A stretch of DNA of 62,337 nt, filler included, from Hausera hauseri (Eukaryota): the NCBI GenBank assembly GCA_046269625.1. It is 12 parts of 12 records of this genome, joined end to end, with 100 filler letters (N's around TTAATTAATTAA, not from the genome) between each part and the next. Parts side by side here need not be neighbours in the genome. Positions count along the whole stretch, not along the records: positions 1 to 7,086 come from JBJURY010038667.1; positions 7,187 to 13,311 come from JBJURY010137094.1; 10 more parts are not named here. One strand, given 5' to 3'. A program made the position numbers and the translations under genes. The notes under the pieces were generated by a model. It worked only from the letters and a program-made list of their open reading frames with translations, made no database searches and had not been told where the DNA came from. Shown one piece after another: positions 1-13,155 of the stretch (its first letter is position 1; each line of letters begins with the position of its first letter).

Positions 1-297
1 TCCGCGTGTTGTATTTCGTCTGTAAAATATTAACAAATTCGGAAACGTATTATATAACAACAGAGCTGACCGCGATTGAAAACCATTTCATAATGATGAG
101 AAAATTAAATATCAAAATTAGGCACAGTGGAGTGACAAAGCGAAAAATAGATGTGAAATATCGAACGTTCGAAATTGGCTAAACACAAGAGAATTTTATA
201 TTTTGAATTTTACCATGTCTCTTTCATATTCAAACAAAAAGTTTTACATAAAAAGTTTTCCGAATGCAAATCACGGATTGGGTGAATGTGGACACCA

Positions 298-2410
298 CAC
301 TTGGCCTTTCCAAAACCAAACGCTGAACAAATATTAACTACCGATGCATCTGCCACAGCAACGGGTGCGATATTACACCAAATATACAATGGCGTCGATG
401 AACCATTAGAGTTCTATTCCCGACAGCTCACGCAACCGGAAAGCCGGTACTCCACATTCGACCGTGAACTCTTGGCTGTGGTTTTAGCGGTAAAGAATTT
501 CAAGCACTTGCTTCTTTCACGTAAATTTATCATCCAAACCGACCACAAGCCTCTACTTCATATAATGACTTTGAAACAGCCATCACCCAGACAAGAGCGA
601 CAGATATCATACCTGTCGACATTTAGCTTTTCCGTAAAATATATTTCAGGCACCGAAAATTTAGTAGCGGATTTTCTTTCGCGGTCGATTAACTCAATTA
701 CAGTTCAGCCACTTTTCTCTTCTGAGGTCCTGAGAAGCAATCAGCCATCATCTGACATTTTCCAAGCTTTTAAATCTGTTGAAATCATTGAAGGCATTGC
801 TTATGACACTTCCAACTCGACCAACAAGAAGATCATTCTTGCTCCATCGCTACAAAAGACAGCTTTCAATCACTTTCACTCTCTTCATCATCCGGGTTCA
901 AAAGCCACATTTTGCCTACTGCAACGCCACGTTGTATGGCCAACTATGCGTACAGATGTACAGATCGGGGTCAAGGGATGTGCAGCATGCCAGCAATACA
1001 ATGTCCACAAACACCTCAAACCACCACTTTACCACTTCCCTTGTACGTCCCGTTTTGACACTGTGAATTTGGATCTTGTCGGTCCTTTGCCATCCGACAA
1101 CGGCTACCAATACATCTTATTCATGATGGATCGTGCTTCCCACGGGTCTGAAGCCGTTCCGCTTCGAACAACCAACACTGACTTAGTAGCAGATGCATTT
1201 ATCAAGATATGGGTCAGTTGTTTTGGTTCACCACGTCACATCATAACGGACCAGGGTCAGCAATTTGAAGCTGACCTTTTTAAATCTGTCGTAAAGCACT
1301 TGGAGATAGCCCACTTCCATACGACGCCGTACCATCCCCAAGAAAATGGCCTTCTTGAGAGATTTCATCGCACAATAAAGATTTCTTTAAAAATCCTGGC
1401 AAACAACAATCGCAATTGGACTTCGATTCTTCCTCTGGTTCTACCTGGTTGGCGCAACGCGCCATCCACTACCACCAGTTGTGCCCCGGCTGAAGCTCTC
1501 TTTGGGACACCAATTCGTGCCCTATTTGAGCTCTCCCATCTAGATGAAAGTCCATCGGATAATGTCATTTGTACAGCACAGTCCCACTTTGTAGAGGTAA
1601 ACTCAAACGCATTTTGCCGTCTTATAAATACACATCTTGTATTCCAGAGCACATATATTCAGCCAAGTTTGTATGCCTGAAGGATCTTTCACCGTCTGGT
1701 TTTGGCCTCAATACGTTGGCCCTTACAAACTACTAAAACTTTATTTGCACACCGCTACTATTTTACGCAAGGACAAACCTCAAAATGTACATATCTCTAG
1801 TCTTAAGCCAGCTTTCTTCGATGATGATGACCAGGATAATAGCCTTGTTTCAAATCCTGACTCTAATTTATCTTTCCGCGAGCCACTATCTAATTTCCTC
1901 GAGAATTTTGAGCCGTCGCAGCAATCGAGTCACAATCAATCATTTTTACTTCTGTCATTATTCACTGCTCATTCACCACTCACTTCGCCGTTATCGTCTG
2001 CACACCCACCACTCACTTCACTGTCATCGCACGATTTGCCTTCATCTCCAGTCTTGCCTTTTTCACTTGACCAATTTCACTCTTCAGTTTCTTCTCCATT
2101 TTCACCTCTTCATGAAACATCGTCCCGAAACACCACAAAATACACAGTTTCTTTCTCTCAAACAACTCCAAAGGCACTAGCAACATTTAACAGATCACGT
2201 TATGTGACATTTAGTTCTTATAGCAGGGAGAAATTCATATATAGAATCCAACATGTGACGCATACCAAAACTGAATATGGCTCAGCATTTACTTCCCTTA
2301 TGACACTCACGTCAAGTTTTCTTCTCTATGGTTTTCTCTTTTGCCACGGGGGCGGTGATGTAGTGATTAGGGTGTGGATCGCGCTGGGGATCAGTGGATC
2401 GGTGTAGAGA
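298..2410 (+). mobile_element. 5'-truncated, degenerate Ty3/Gypsy (CsRn1-like) LTR retrotransposon: RNase H, integrase, 3' region, PPT
   Basis: RNase H motifs TTDAS, YSTFDRELLA, TDHKPL and ADFLSR. Integrase HHCC (HSLHHPG..CAACQ), LDLVGP, ITDQGQQF and NGLLERFH. GPY motif after a frameshift. PPT-like GGGGGCGG at 2348-2355 followed by TGTAG at 2359. Homologous to 53263-55130. Confidence 0.93.
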
Positions 2411-3204
2411 TTTTCCACACCATATGTTGATGTGTTTCGTTGTGATGTTCTTTGACAAACTTGGAAAGAATGAAAGAAACAAGCGACAAAAACAAGTTAA
2501 TGTATTAGATAGAGAATATTTCCGACAGATTTAACAAACTGGTGTTACCTGAAAATCGAGATAGACAATTTTATAAATGGCTGCCAGAATATTGATACAA
2601 TTTAACTACTGTCTAAACTTAAGGATATTCTTTTATAAACGAATTATTCAGTATTGGGAAGACAATATGATAGAATGACATTTCCAGTGAATATTGTTAT
2701 TGCAATTAGTTCGTGTTGCTTTGAAAATCTTTTGCAATTGTTTATTTTTTGGCATCCATTGCTCAAAGTTAAATTAAAACTAAATATGGTTAGAGGAGCG
2801 TTCCTTTTTGGTTATTCATTCGTGGTTGATTTTCGTTGTTCAGATCATTTGGTATGTTTGCTAGTAAACATTTTGGCCAGTCGCACAATGGGACTGAAAT
2901 CGGTGACAGCATTGATTTTGGTGACATTTGTCTGCGTGATGAAATTTTGATAGTGTGTATATAGTACATCATGGTTTATTGAATTTTTATTATTGAATAA
3001 AAAATTTGAAATTTAAAACTTTCGTCGTTTTGGAATTAAGTATTATCGAGGATACTCACAAACCTACAAATTGGTGTCAGATTGTTCACTTATTTTTAAT
3101 TCACATTTTGAATGGCTTATGAAATAATGTTTCACGAAGTTGATGATTGTTTGAGTTCTTTGACCACCGAAGATGGTCACAATATTGACAGATCTGATCT
3201 TAAC

Positions 3205-4605
3205 AATAATCATGAAATTATTCTATCATTATGCAATCAGAACAAAACCGTGGGTTCGTCATGTTATGACGCCATGTCAAACAGTGTATGTGGTACCAGA
3301 TTTTGAATGCGATGACAATTTGTATTTGTTATTATCATTCTTGCTCGAAGTCCAACCTAATCGTCTTATTATGACAAAGGGTATTTATGAGAAAATTAAA
3401 ATTCTATTGGAAGATGAAACAAATGATAAAACCATGCTCAATAAAGATGCATTTTCATTTGTTACGAATATAGATATTTCGTACAATTTGAGTATGAGAA
3501 AAATATGTCAGTTTTCATTGCCGGCAACGAAGTATATGTCCGAGCAGAAGATGATTTTTATGAAATCATTTATTCCAATTAATGAGTATAAAAAGATGAA
3601 GTCCATTGGTGGACTACTTAAACTCATAAACAAAGGGAAAATCGGCATTGAACTTGAATCATATGTTTCAAATATTCCCGTACTGGATATTAAAATGTAC
3701 ACTATGACGAATACAATGATGTTGACAATAACAGTTTGATGTCTTGATATTTTTAATAAAGTGAGTCATCCATCAGATTTTAAACAAGGTATCAAGCATG
3801 ACGTAAAAGAGGGTCCTAGCGTATTCAATCTTAACAACTGCCATAACAAATTCTCATCGATTCTTTTAAAAAGCTGGCTTAAACGGCCACTAACTGATAT
3901 AGTCGAAATTCAAAAGCGATTGGATGCCGTCGAATTCTTTCAAAGTAGTCGGAACACCGATATTTTTTATCGAACACAGAATTGTCTTAAACATACAGGA
4001 AATTTAAAAATTTTACTCCATATAAAACAGTCATCATTGCAATATACGGAATGGGGTGTTTTAAATCAGACAGTAAACAATTTTATTAATATTCGAGAAC
4101 TATTCGGTGAAGTTGAACAGACATTGGAAATATACATGAAAATCAAAAAGAAATTTACCGATGATTTGTGTACAATAGCTTATTGGTTGAATAGTATAAT
4201 CGACTTTGACGGAGTACCTAATCAAAAACGATTTATTGTAAAGGAAGTAGTTGATTCGAATTTCCACGACAAGAGTAGATTTTTGCATCTACCCGAACTA
4301 CTCACGAAGTTAGCAGAAGTGCTAAGTCAGTTTATAGATAATGTGCTAGTATGGGGGATAGTTTATCTTCCTCAGCTAGGCTACCTTCTCACAGTTCCAA
4401 TAGTCGAAAATTCTCCTGATGCATCTCATCTCCCTGAAAATGCAGAATATCTGTTCTCAATGAATAACGCAGCCTATTTCAAAAACAATACCACAAGAAA
4501 ACTTGATAAAGAATTCGGAGACATGCTCTATGATATAAAGGATTTAGAAACAAGCATAATGCACAAATTTCAAGAAGGTATTCTGGAACATACTTACATG
4601 TTGAA
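3205..4605 (+). pseudogene. MSH5: Intronless, frameshifted, 3'-truncated MutS homolog 5 fragment
   Basis: SHPS..K..KEGPSVFNLNNC..LLKSWLKRPLTD..IQKRLDAVEFF, IVYLPQLGYLL and YFKNNTTRKLDKEFGDM..IKDLE match MSH5 domains II-IV. Frameshift near 3290, stop at 3737-3739, ATPase domain absent. Confidence 0.8.
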
Positions 4606-4607
4606 AG

Positions 4608-4935
4608 ATCAAAGTTTCAATGAAGTCTACGAACACACTGCTGACATTAATGTTCAAAATTTCTTTTGTTTTCGAGCGGTTGAGGAATTCGTAAACAATT
4701 GTTATCGTGAATGCGATGAAAGTACCACAAATCAGATGCATATTTTCATATTAAAATGGATCAATATACGTTAAGTTCTACCGAATGGCGTAATGAACGG
4801 CATAATTCGACCAATTGACATGTCATTAAATGTCGAAGATAATGTTAAATCTTCTGCATTGAATTGCTTAATTGACATTGTAACGAAGGGAATGCCGATC
4901 GATAGCAAATTAGAACTTATCACCTATCTAGACCA
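4608..4935 (+). pseudogene. XPOT: Exportin-T fragments: N-terminal segment fused in frame to the MSH5 fragment, then a second internal segment
   Basis: NVQNFFCFRAVEEFV..ILKWI resembles exportin-T HVKFFCFQVLE..LISWL. At about 4840-4930, SALNCLIDIVTKGMPIDSKLELITYL resembles ACDCLFEVVNKGMDPVDKMKLVESL. Confidence 0.65.
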
Positions 4936-5419
4936 GATTCTGACCAACAATGAAGTCTGGCAATGAATCGAAAGTTCCAAGCATTTATCCGAAGAAAATG
5001 TAGTCGATGCCGTTTTAATCATAATACTTTCATTATTTGGACTAAAAGTAGTTTTAACAAAACCGTCGTTCACAACAGAACAATATCGAACGGTTAGTAA
5101 TTTCCTTCTGTTATTTTGTAATTATTTTATTATCGGATCATTTTTATTTGCTCGGAAAGTTTTCGTCACAACCCTCACAAAGTCTGTACGGGTTGTCACA
5201 GTTCTAGTTCTTCTGGTTAGTTGCGTGGAAATAGTTACTAGATTAATAATAATAATAAAATATCTGTTGGAGAGCAAATCAATTCCAGATGTTGCGAATG
5301 AACATAAATTGTATGCATATATGTTACCAGTAACTGAATTATTGAATGAACAGATTGAAATATTCACCAACTTAACAGTACTCAGTAAACGTGCTGATCT
5401 GGCTTATAAATTGGCATAT

Positions 5420-6560
5420 AATTTTGTTACCTCGCTATTACCCTGTGCATTTTCCTTTTACCTTGATTGTATAATTGATACAGGAACTGGTAATGTTTTT
5501 CCTTGGTATTTTACCTTTTCCATTCTCAAAAGGGTAATCTATCCAAAACGTCTTATTTCTAAACAAGTAACAAGTCAAAGCAATGCTGAAAACGACAACT
5601 TTGTAGAACATGTTAACCTGAGTGAAGTTAAGGTACATTTAACCCGCCTTGGTAAAACGCTTCATTCCTCAAAATGTTGTCGAACTTAGAAATTAAAGGC
5701 AGTTCGGGACATTATTTTAAATATTCAAGAAGGGGTGATAACACCTGTTTTAGGTCATAATTTAGCCTGTAAAGGTACGACATTCAGTACAATTGTTGCT
5801 TTAATTCGAAAAACCGCTGGTAAAATCACCGTGTACAATTTGGATCCTGATGATCCCTGGGACAGAGCGGTATTAAACAATATTACTAGTATATACATGC
5901 AAGATGACATTTAATTGAAAACTTAACTTGTTTAGAACATATGCGATTATCTGAAAGTATAAGGAAACTGAAGAAAGGTGAGGCATTAAATCAATTAAAT
6001 AAACCTTGCACTGTTCTTGATCTAATACAAGAAGGAAATAAGAGAGCATCGGCTCTAGGTGGAGAAGAAAAAAGAAAATTATGTGTCGCCATAGCTCTTC
6101 ATGGTGACCCAAAGACTCTGTTGTTTGATGAACCAACCAGTGCAGTCGATCCAAATTCCAGGCGATATATTTGGAATGCCTTGAAAGCTTTTAAGGTAAA
6201 CAGAGTTATATTGTTAAGTACGCATTACATGGTCAAAGCTAATATCCTAGTTGACTGGAGAGCCATAATGGTAAAATGTCAAGTTGTGTGTTATGGAACA
6301 TCCATATTTTTAAAACGGAAATTTCATCTTGGCTATGTCCTTAGTTGTACATTAGATAGTAAAAATCTGAACAATAGTAGCCTATTGGAATTCAGCAATA
6401 CTACAGCTTCACATGCCGAAATTAAAGATTAACATGGCAGAGAAGTTTCATTTAATATCATTGACGAAGAAATAATCCCACTGTGCAAAGTACTATCGAC
6501 AACTGAAGGAATGGAAACCACAAAGGATGGTAATTTCAAACACTTTCTAATTGGCAATTA
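5420..6560 (+). pseudogene. Disrupted intronless ABCA-subfamily ABC transporter fragment (end of TMD1 plus NBD1)
   Basis: PWYF motif, degenerate Walker A (VLGHNLACKGTT), signature/Walker B region LGGEEKRKLCVAIAL..LLFDEPTSAVDPNSRRYIW, and ILLSTHYM. Multiple stops and frameshifts. Confidence 0.8.
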
Positions 6561-7086
6561 GCAACTCTTTTCGAAATCTGCTTTAGAATTAACTCAGGTG
6601 TTTGCTTCCCAAACTCATCTTGTTTTGAAAGAGGAAGGACTAGGGGCATTTGTATTGATAATTAATTCTCTCCGAGTCAATCAAAGCGATCGAATAGAAT
6701 CCGAAATAACGGACGCGGAGTCATTAGATTCAAGCATCGGTATTCCGTCTGACGTGAACACTGGTCCACAACCCTCCAAACAAACCAGAAAACGATCATT
6801 TAGGGGACGCGACTGCGGCTCATGAAATTCTTACCGCCATGGCACAGTCACCAACAGACATGTTTTGTATATTTGGGGAATTTTATTTTTCACATATTGC
6901 CATATTCACGGCTTGTATTGATTACATTCCAATGAGAGACGAAACATCATTGTATTCTCATTTTCGATACTGCACACTAGCTGTGTCTAGTATTCTGTTT
7001 TCTGAAACACAGAGCAATCATTTAAAAATCAGTGTTGTACCCTTGCTGTCTTTTGTGGAAAATGCCGTACAACACAGAATATTGAG

Positions 7087-7186
7087 NNNNNNNNNNNNNN
7101 NNNNNNNNNNNNNNNNNNNNNNNNNNNNNNTTAATTAATTAANNNNNNNNNNNNNNNNNNNNNNNNNNNNNNNNNNNNNNNNNNNN
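7087..7186. other. Artificial contig spacer (N44-TTAATTAATTAA-N44). The same 100-nt spacer occurs at 13312-13411, 17667-17766, 21710-21809, 26002-26101, 30311-30410, 34631-34730, 39072-39171, 43692-43791, 49053-49152 and 56122-56221
   Basis: The same 100-nt N block with a six-frame stop linker occurs 11 times. The N runs at 11381-11516 and 11847-11985 lack the linker and are ordinary scaffold gaps. Confidence 0.97.
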
Positions 7187-7251
7187 GTAAAATAAAAATA
7201 TTAGCTGTATAAAGATAAATATAACAAGAGATTGAGAAACAAAACAAATAA

Positions 7252-10200
7252 TTTTTTTTTAATTTAAAAATTTTTATTAGAAAAGAGGTTACAAAGTAAA
7301 ATTAATGATAGTATTACAAAAAATTACAAAACAATTATTACAAGTAACCTTATTCTAAAAGGGACTACTGGGGGTAACAAACAATTGCGACCTTAGAGCC
7401 CCAATATTAATACTAAAGAGTATTTATACATTTGGAAATATGCTAATAAAACTACTATATTAACCACAAAAAAATAATATTAGAACATATAATAATAACA
7501 AAAATTATAATATTAATGGTAATAGTACCAGAGATACTACTAAAATAATACTAAAATAATAATTATAATGTTATAACAAGACAATATTAGTAATTATTAT
7601 AGTAATAACATAAAATAGTTTTACACCGATAGAAGTAATATAACATGCTAAAGAGAACGTAAAATATAACACAACTGACATTAGTCGGTTTTCTAGTAAT
7701 AATAATAATAATAGTACTAATAATACTTAATAAGTACATTATAAAAAAATATTATTTTAATAATAGATACGAAAGTTTTATCTATAATATTCAAAAGCCA
7801 AATTTAACACAACTAATATCAGTTGGTTTTATATGACAAAAGAATCTTAAGAATAAAAAATAATAATAAATATAATAACTGCATTAATAATAACAGTAAT
7901 ATAATAATAATAACTAATAACTATAATAACTGGAAAATTATGATAATAAATATAATATTAATAGAGGTAGAATAAAAGAACAACCTTAACAATAATATTA
8001 CAATAATAATAACTACAATAAATGCAATAATATAAAATATTTTTATTTTAATAATTGGATAAGATAAATTTATGTATAATATGCAAAAGCCAATCTTAGC
8101 ACAACTAATATGATATATGATAATATATAAATAACACCCTTTGAAACTAAAATAATCATAGTAAAAACTAAAATAGCATAAGGGAATTAAGATATAATAA
8201 ACCGAGCTCTTTTTATCTATTTGTAATAACAATTATTAAATTAATAAAATAATGCGAATTCTATATCAAATAATAGCCAACTGAAATATACAAAATTGAA
8301 TAATAATAATAGTAATAACTAATTATAATAATAATAAGTGTCAAAAATAATAATAACAATGACAGTAATAATACTAATAATAAAAATAATCATAATAACT
8401 ATAAGTTTTAATACGAACTGAATACCATTTTTTTTATTTTACCTGAGTACGAGGTAATTGAAGTTTCATTTTTAATATCTTGAGGTAATTTATTGAATAA
8501 TTTTGAAGATCTATAGATGGCACTTTGCCTCGCTTTTGTAAGTCTATAGAACGGGATGCTAATGAGAGAATTATTTCTGAGATTTTCTCTCCGTTGAGTT
8601 TGATGACCCTGAAAATTATCCGTGAGAAACTTACATGCTTTCATGTTGATTATTTTGTGCATAACTTTCAGCAGTGATAGATTTAAAAGGTCCGAGAATT
8701 GTAATATTCTCAACTTTTTGAATAAAGGTTGGGTATGACAGTAAAAATTCCTAGACCCACTCAATAGACGCACGAATTTTTTTTGCATAACGATAATTGG
8801 GCGAATATTTAACATACTTGAAACACCATAAACAGGGAGACAATATAATATGTGAGTGTGAAAGTAGGCAAAATATATTTTCCTCAAAATTCTTAGAGGA
8901 ACACTTTTGGCTAGTTTCACAAGTATGTACATACCCCTAGCTAGTTTGTTTAGTAGTTGATTGATGTGATCCTTAAAATTTAAGTTTTCATCCAATATGA
9001 CTCCCAGTATTTTTGCACTGCGAACTCTTTCAATAGGGTTGTCATTTATCTGAACGTTCAAGTTATTGCTTATCTTTTTATTGCTAAATATAATGTAAGA
9101 TGTTTTTAGTAAATTTAACGACAACTTATTAGCATCTATCCACTGCATGATTCTTGTTAATGTATTTTCCATTTTTAATGCAAGATTATTAGGACTTTTG
9201 TCATTCAACAATATCGATATATCGTCGGCAAAAGATACCGAAAAGGAAGAATGAGAGTTAGATATGTCATTAGTATACAGTGTAAAAAGCAAAGGACCTA
9301 AGATTGACCCCTGGGGTACACCTGTTGTTATTTGAAGTAAATTCGAAGATGTTTCCCCAATTTTAACAAATTGTTCTCTGTCTTTGAGGTAGCTTCGAAA
9401 CCACTGTAAGTTTGAACCGCCAATTCCCATTAAATTCATTTTTTTAATTAGAATTTCATGATCAACTGTATCAAATGCTTTTTTGAAGTCAAGTAGCAAC
9501 AGTGCTGACGAGTCTCTGTTCTCAAGATTCCCGTAGATTTTTTCAGTCAGACAAATAAGTGCATCTGTTGTTGACCTATTTTTTGTAAATCCAAATTGAA
9601 GATCATTGAGTAAATCATTTGAACTGAAATAGAGGCTTAATTGGTTATATATGACTTTTTCAAATATTTTACTAATTGTGTGAGTTATTGAAATTGGTCT
9701 ATAGTTTTGAGGGAGGGATGGATCTCCTTTTTTGAGGATAGGAGTTACACGTGAAGTTTTTAAGACACTCGGAAATATGCCAGAGAGAAAGGATTCATTG
9801 AACAAATGACTAAGAGGGGCTGATATAGTGTCAGCAATTAGTTTATATATGTGATTTGGGATACTCAACAAATCGCACTTCTTATTAATTAGACCAGATA
9901 TGACATTTTTAACGTCCCAGGCAGTTATATTTTGAAATGTGAAAAGAGAGTTACATGGTGACATGAATGACTCAAAGTTTACTTGACTCTTAGGTTTATT
10001 CTTTAGTGTTTCGTTTCCTAAGTTTACAAAGTAATGATTCAGTGCATCAGCTATTATTTTTTTATTATTTGACTTTTCTCCGGAAATATTCAGTTCATGA
10101 AAGGGGACAGAAGCTTTTTTATTATTTATTAACTTGCTAATTAAATTCCAGGTTGCTTTAGGGTCATTCAATGTTTCATTGAATTTGTTATTGTAATACA

Positions 10201-11340
10201 TCCTTTTGGCTTTCTTTAAAATACCTTTTAACTTTTTATCATAATTATTGTAGAGATGAAATGGTAGTATTCCTCTCTTGAAATTGCGATAAAGAGCATG
10301 TTTTTGTTTTATTGAGCAAATCAGACCAGGAGTTAACCATGGGTTTAGAATTCTTTTTGGGACTATTCTTTTTGTTTTAATGGGGAAAGATTGATTATAA
10401 GCTTCGTTCAAGGAGTTTATGAAAATTTCGAATTTACTATTGATGGATAATGCGTCACTGTACACGAATGAAAAATTCATTTCACGGATATTGTTAATAA
10501 AAGATACTCTACTATTATCTTTCTCCAACCTATATTTGAAAGTGGACTGTTCTTGACCTTGACGCACGCGTCTAACGGGAAAGGTAATTAAACAAGGGAA
10601 ATGATCGGAAATGTCAGTTTTGATCACGTAGGACCTTACATCCAAGCTTAAATTTCCCCAGACGTGATCCAATAGCGTGGCTGTAGAGCTGTTACTATTT
10701 ACTCTAGTGGGCAGAGTTACGTAGTTTATGAATCCATTTGACACCATCAAGTTAATAAAGTTATTGCTTCCAGCTGAAGGAACAGAATTGGAGACATCAA
10801 TATTAAAATCACCTCAAGAATTGACTTAGTGTCGCTTAGGTGAGTTCTAATAAGTGATTCAAGAGTGGTTAAGAATTCAACTCGGGACGAGTTTGGTGGT
10901 CTATAAACACCAACAACTGTAAGTTTTAGGTCTCCAACACCTATCGATAATGCAAGTGTTTCGATTTTATCATTAATTTGTGAGAAAACAAGTCTGGAAT
11001 CATTGTATAACTCATTTCTTATGTAAATACTCACGCCACCACCACGCTTATTGATTCGATATATATGTGTTCCAGTGTATCCGGGCAATGGATAATTTTC
11101 TTTATTGTATTCGTTCAGAAAAGTTTCACTCAATACAATGCAATCAAATTGTATTTTTTGAAAAGCAAGATAATCTATGAAAGTGTCATAATGCTGATGT
11201 AAACTTCTAATGTTGAGATGAAATATAGAAAACCTGTTAGGGTCAATAAGCTTTTGCTCTAATATATCAGGGTAAATATAAGTAGAATCACTGGTATCAG
11301 TAATACCAATAGAGGTATCCCATGTACAATCAGTGTTCAT
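7252..11340 (-). mobile_element. Non-LTR retrotransposon (CR1/L2 group): APE endonuclease plus reverse transcriptase ORF2 with one frameshift, and a long AT-rich 3' UTR
   Basis: APE motifs HLNIRSL, VLSET, GGGVSIY, VYRPPN, GDFN (across a frameshift at about 10813) and SDHFP. RT motifs NYRPIS, QFGF, LDFKKAFDTVDH, GVPQGSILGP and FADD. 3' UTR has (TTA)n tracts ending in AATAAA plus an A-run near 7252-7280 on the minus strand. Confidence 0.92.
8408..10750 (-). CDS. LINE ORF2, C-terminal part of endonuclease plus RT (780 aa open; N-terminal part in 10747-11340)
   Basis: Uninterrupted ORF carrying all RT motifs. Confidence 0.9.
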   Translation of the reverse strand: MMVSNGFINYVTLPTRVNSNSSTATLLDHVWGNLSLDVRSYVIKTDISDHFPCLITFPVRRVRQGQEQSTFKYRLEKDNSRVSFINNIREMNFSFVYSDALSINSKFEIFINSLNEAYNQSFPIKTKRIVPKRILNPWLTPGLICSIKQKHALYRNFKRGILPFHLYNNYDKKLKGILKKAKRMYYNNKFNETLNDPKATWNLISKLINNKKASVPFHELNISGEKSNNKKIIADALNHYFVNLGNETLKNKPKSQVNFESFMSPCNSLFTFQNITAWDVKNVISGLINKKCDLLSIPNHIYKLIADTISAPLSHLFNESFLSGIFPSVLKTSRVTPILKKGDPSLPQNYRPISITHTISKIFEKVIYNQLSLYFSSNDLLNDLQFGFTKNRSTTDALICLTEKIYGNLENRDSSALLLLDFKKAFDTVDHEILIKKMNLMGIGGSNLQWFRSYLKDREQFVKIGETSSNLLQITTGVPQGSILGPLLFTLYTNDISNSHSSFSVSFADDISILLNDKSPNNLALKMENTLTRIMQWIDANKLSLNLLKTSYIIFSNKKISNNLNVQINDNPIERVRSAKILGVILDENLNFKDHINQLLNKLARGMYILVKLAKSVPLRILRKIYFAYFHTHILYCLPVYGVSSMLNIRPIIVMQKKFVRLLSGSRNFYCHTQPLFKKLRILQFSDLLNLSLLKVMHKIINMKACKFLTDNFQGHQTQRRENLRNNSLISIPFYRLTKARQSAIYRSSKLFNKLPQDIKNETSITSYSGKIKKMVFSSY

Positions 11341-11989
11341 TATTCCACTAAATTGGTAGGGTTAATAGCAATGAGAAGAANNNNNNNNNNNNNNNNNNNN
11401 NNNNNNNNNNNNNNNNNNNNNNNNNNNNNNNNNNNNNNNNNNNNNNNNNNNNNNNNNNNNNNNNNNNNNNNNNNNNNNNNNNNNNNNNNNNNNNNNNNNN
11501 NNNNNNNNNNNNNNNNAGCAATAATCCAATTATTAATGGTAATAGAAAATTTAATGATATTAATTTACAGTTATTCCCCAACGACTTGATGTGGAATAAC
11601 TTATAAGAATTATAAACAAAATATAAAGATAAAAGAAAATAAGATAAGATGTGCCAGTGATATGCCCCAAATTCCAGGAAATAATCGTTTAAAATAAACC
11701 AAGTTTGCAAAGTAAATCAGGTAGAATTACTGATATGTAATAACAACAAAACACCAGTAATGTTAGATAATCATTTGATGAGATCTTACAGCTAAACAAA
11801 GTAATCACATTATAAGAAAATGCAAAGGTTAGCGAGAAGTCGTCCANNNNNNNNNNNNNNNNNNNNNNNNNNNNNNNNNNNNNNNNNNNNNNNNNNNNNN
11901 NNNNNNNNNNNNNNNNNNNNNNNNNNNNNNNNNNNNNNNNNNNNNNNNNNNNNNNNNNNNNNNNNNNNNNNNNNNNNNNNNNNNNGTTG

Positions 11990-13155
11990 CAGTATTATAA
12001 GAAGAAAAGAAAAGTTTGGAGAAGTAAAAAGAAGAAGGCAGTAGAAGAAGAAAAAGAAAAAAAAATAAAGAAGATAAATAAAAGGGACAGAAGGAAAGAA
12101 GAAGAGTCAGCAAAAGAAGTGGAATGGGAAAGAATGAAAAGTGAAGAGGAAGAAAAGAAGAAAAAAAAATGAAAAGAAGTAAAGAAGAAAAAGAAGAGTG
12201 AAAGAAGAAGCAAAGAAATAGGAGTGGAGGAGGTGAAAATGAAATAAAGAAGATAAAGAAGAGAATGAAGAAGTAGAAGAAGTAAGTGAAGAGAAGTTTG
12301 GAAGATGGAGAAGTAGAAAAAAGGGGGAACTGAATGAAGAAGCAAAGAAGAGAAAGAATAAGGAAAAGAAGAAGAAATGTGAAAAGAGATGTAATGAAGA
12401 TGAAGAAAAGGAAAAGAAGTAGAGAAAAGTGAAAAGAAGGAAAGAAGAAGAGCAAAAATGAAAAGAATAAGTAAAGAAGTAGAAGATGATGAAGAGAAGT
12501 AAAGTGAAGAAGAAGAAGAAAAGGAAAGAAGAAGATAAGAGGGAAGAAAAGAGGAAGAAGAAGAAAAGTAAGAGGAGCAAAAAGTGGAAGAGGAAAAGAA
12601 GAGAAAAAGAATAAGGGGAAGAAGAAGAAAAAAAGAACAGGAGAAGTAAAGAGGAGTTGAAGAAGAAAAGGAGTAGATGTAAGGGAGAAGAAGAGAGAGT
12701 AGTGAAGAAGAAAAGTAAAAAAGAAATAAAGAAGAAAAGAGGTAGTAAAAGAGAAAGATAAATAAGTAGGCGAAAAGGGAAAGTATGAAAGAAGAAGATA
12801 AGGAAGAAAGGAATAGAAGAAAAGTGAACAAGAAGTAAAGAAACAGAAGTGGAAGACGAAGAAGAAATATGAAGGTGAAAAGAAGTAAGGAATAATAAGA
12901 TGAGGATGAATAAAAGTGAAAGAAGCAAAGAAGAAACTGAAGAAGAAGAAGAAAAGTGTAAAAGAGAAGTTAAGAAGAAGATAGGGGGAGAAAGAGAGAT
13001 AGAGATAGAAAGAGAGATAGGGAGAGAAAAAGAGATAAATAAGGAAAGAAAGAGGGAGAGAAGGAGAGAAATAGAAAGAGTAGGAGTGAAAGAGAAAGAG
13101 AGAAGGAGAGAAAGATAAAAGAGAAAGAGAGAAAAAGAAAGGAAAGAGGGAGATG
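11990..13155. repeat. Purine-rich low-complexity tract, degenerate (GAA)n/(GA)n
   Basis: Almost exclusively A/G on the plus strand. The long Phe/Leu/Ser ORFs on the minus strand are artefacts of this composition. Confidence 0.95.

Noticed and set aside
7131-7142. Recurring TTAATTAATTAA as a biological repeat or CRISPR-like unit
   Set aside because: Always centred in a 100-nt N block, so it is an artificial six-frame stop linker.
7400-8400. ORF 7921-8232 as a membrane protein
   Set aside because: It lies in the (TAA)n-rich LINE 3' UTR and is compositional only.
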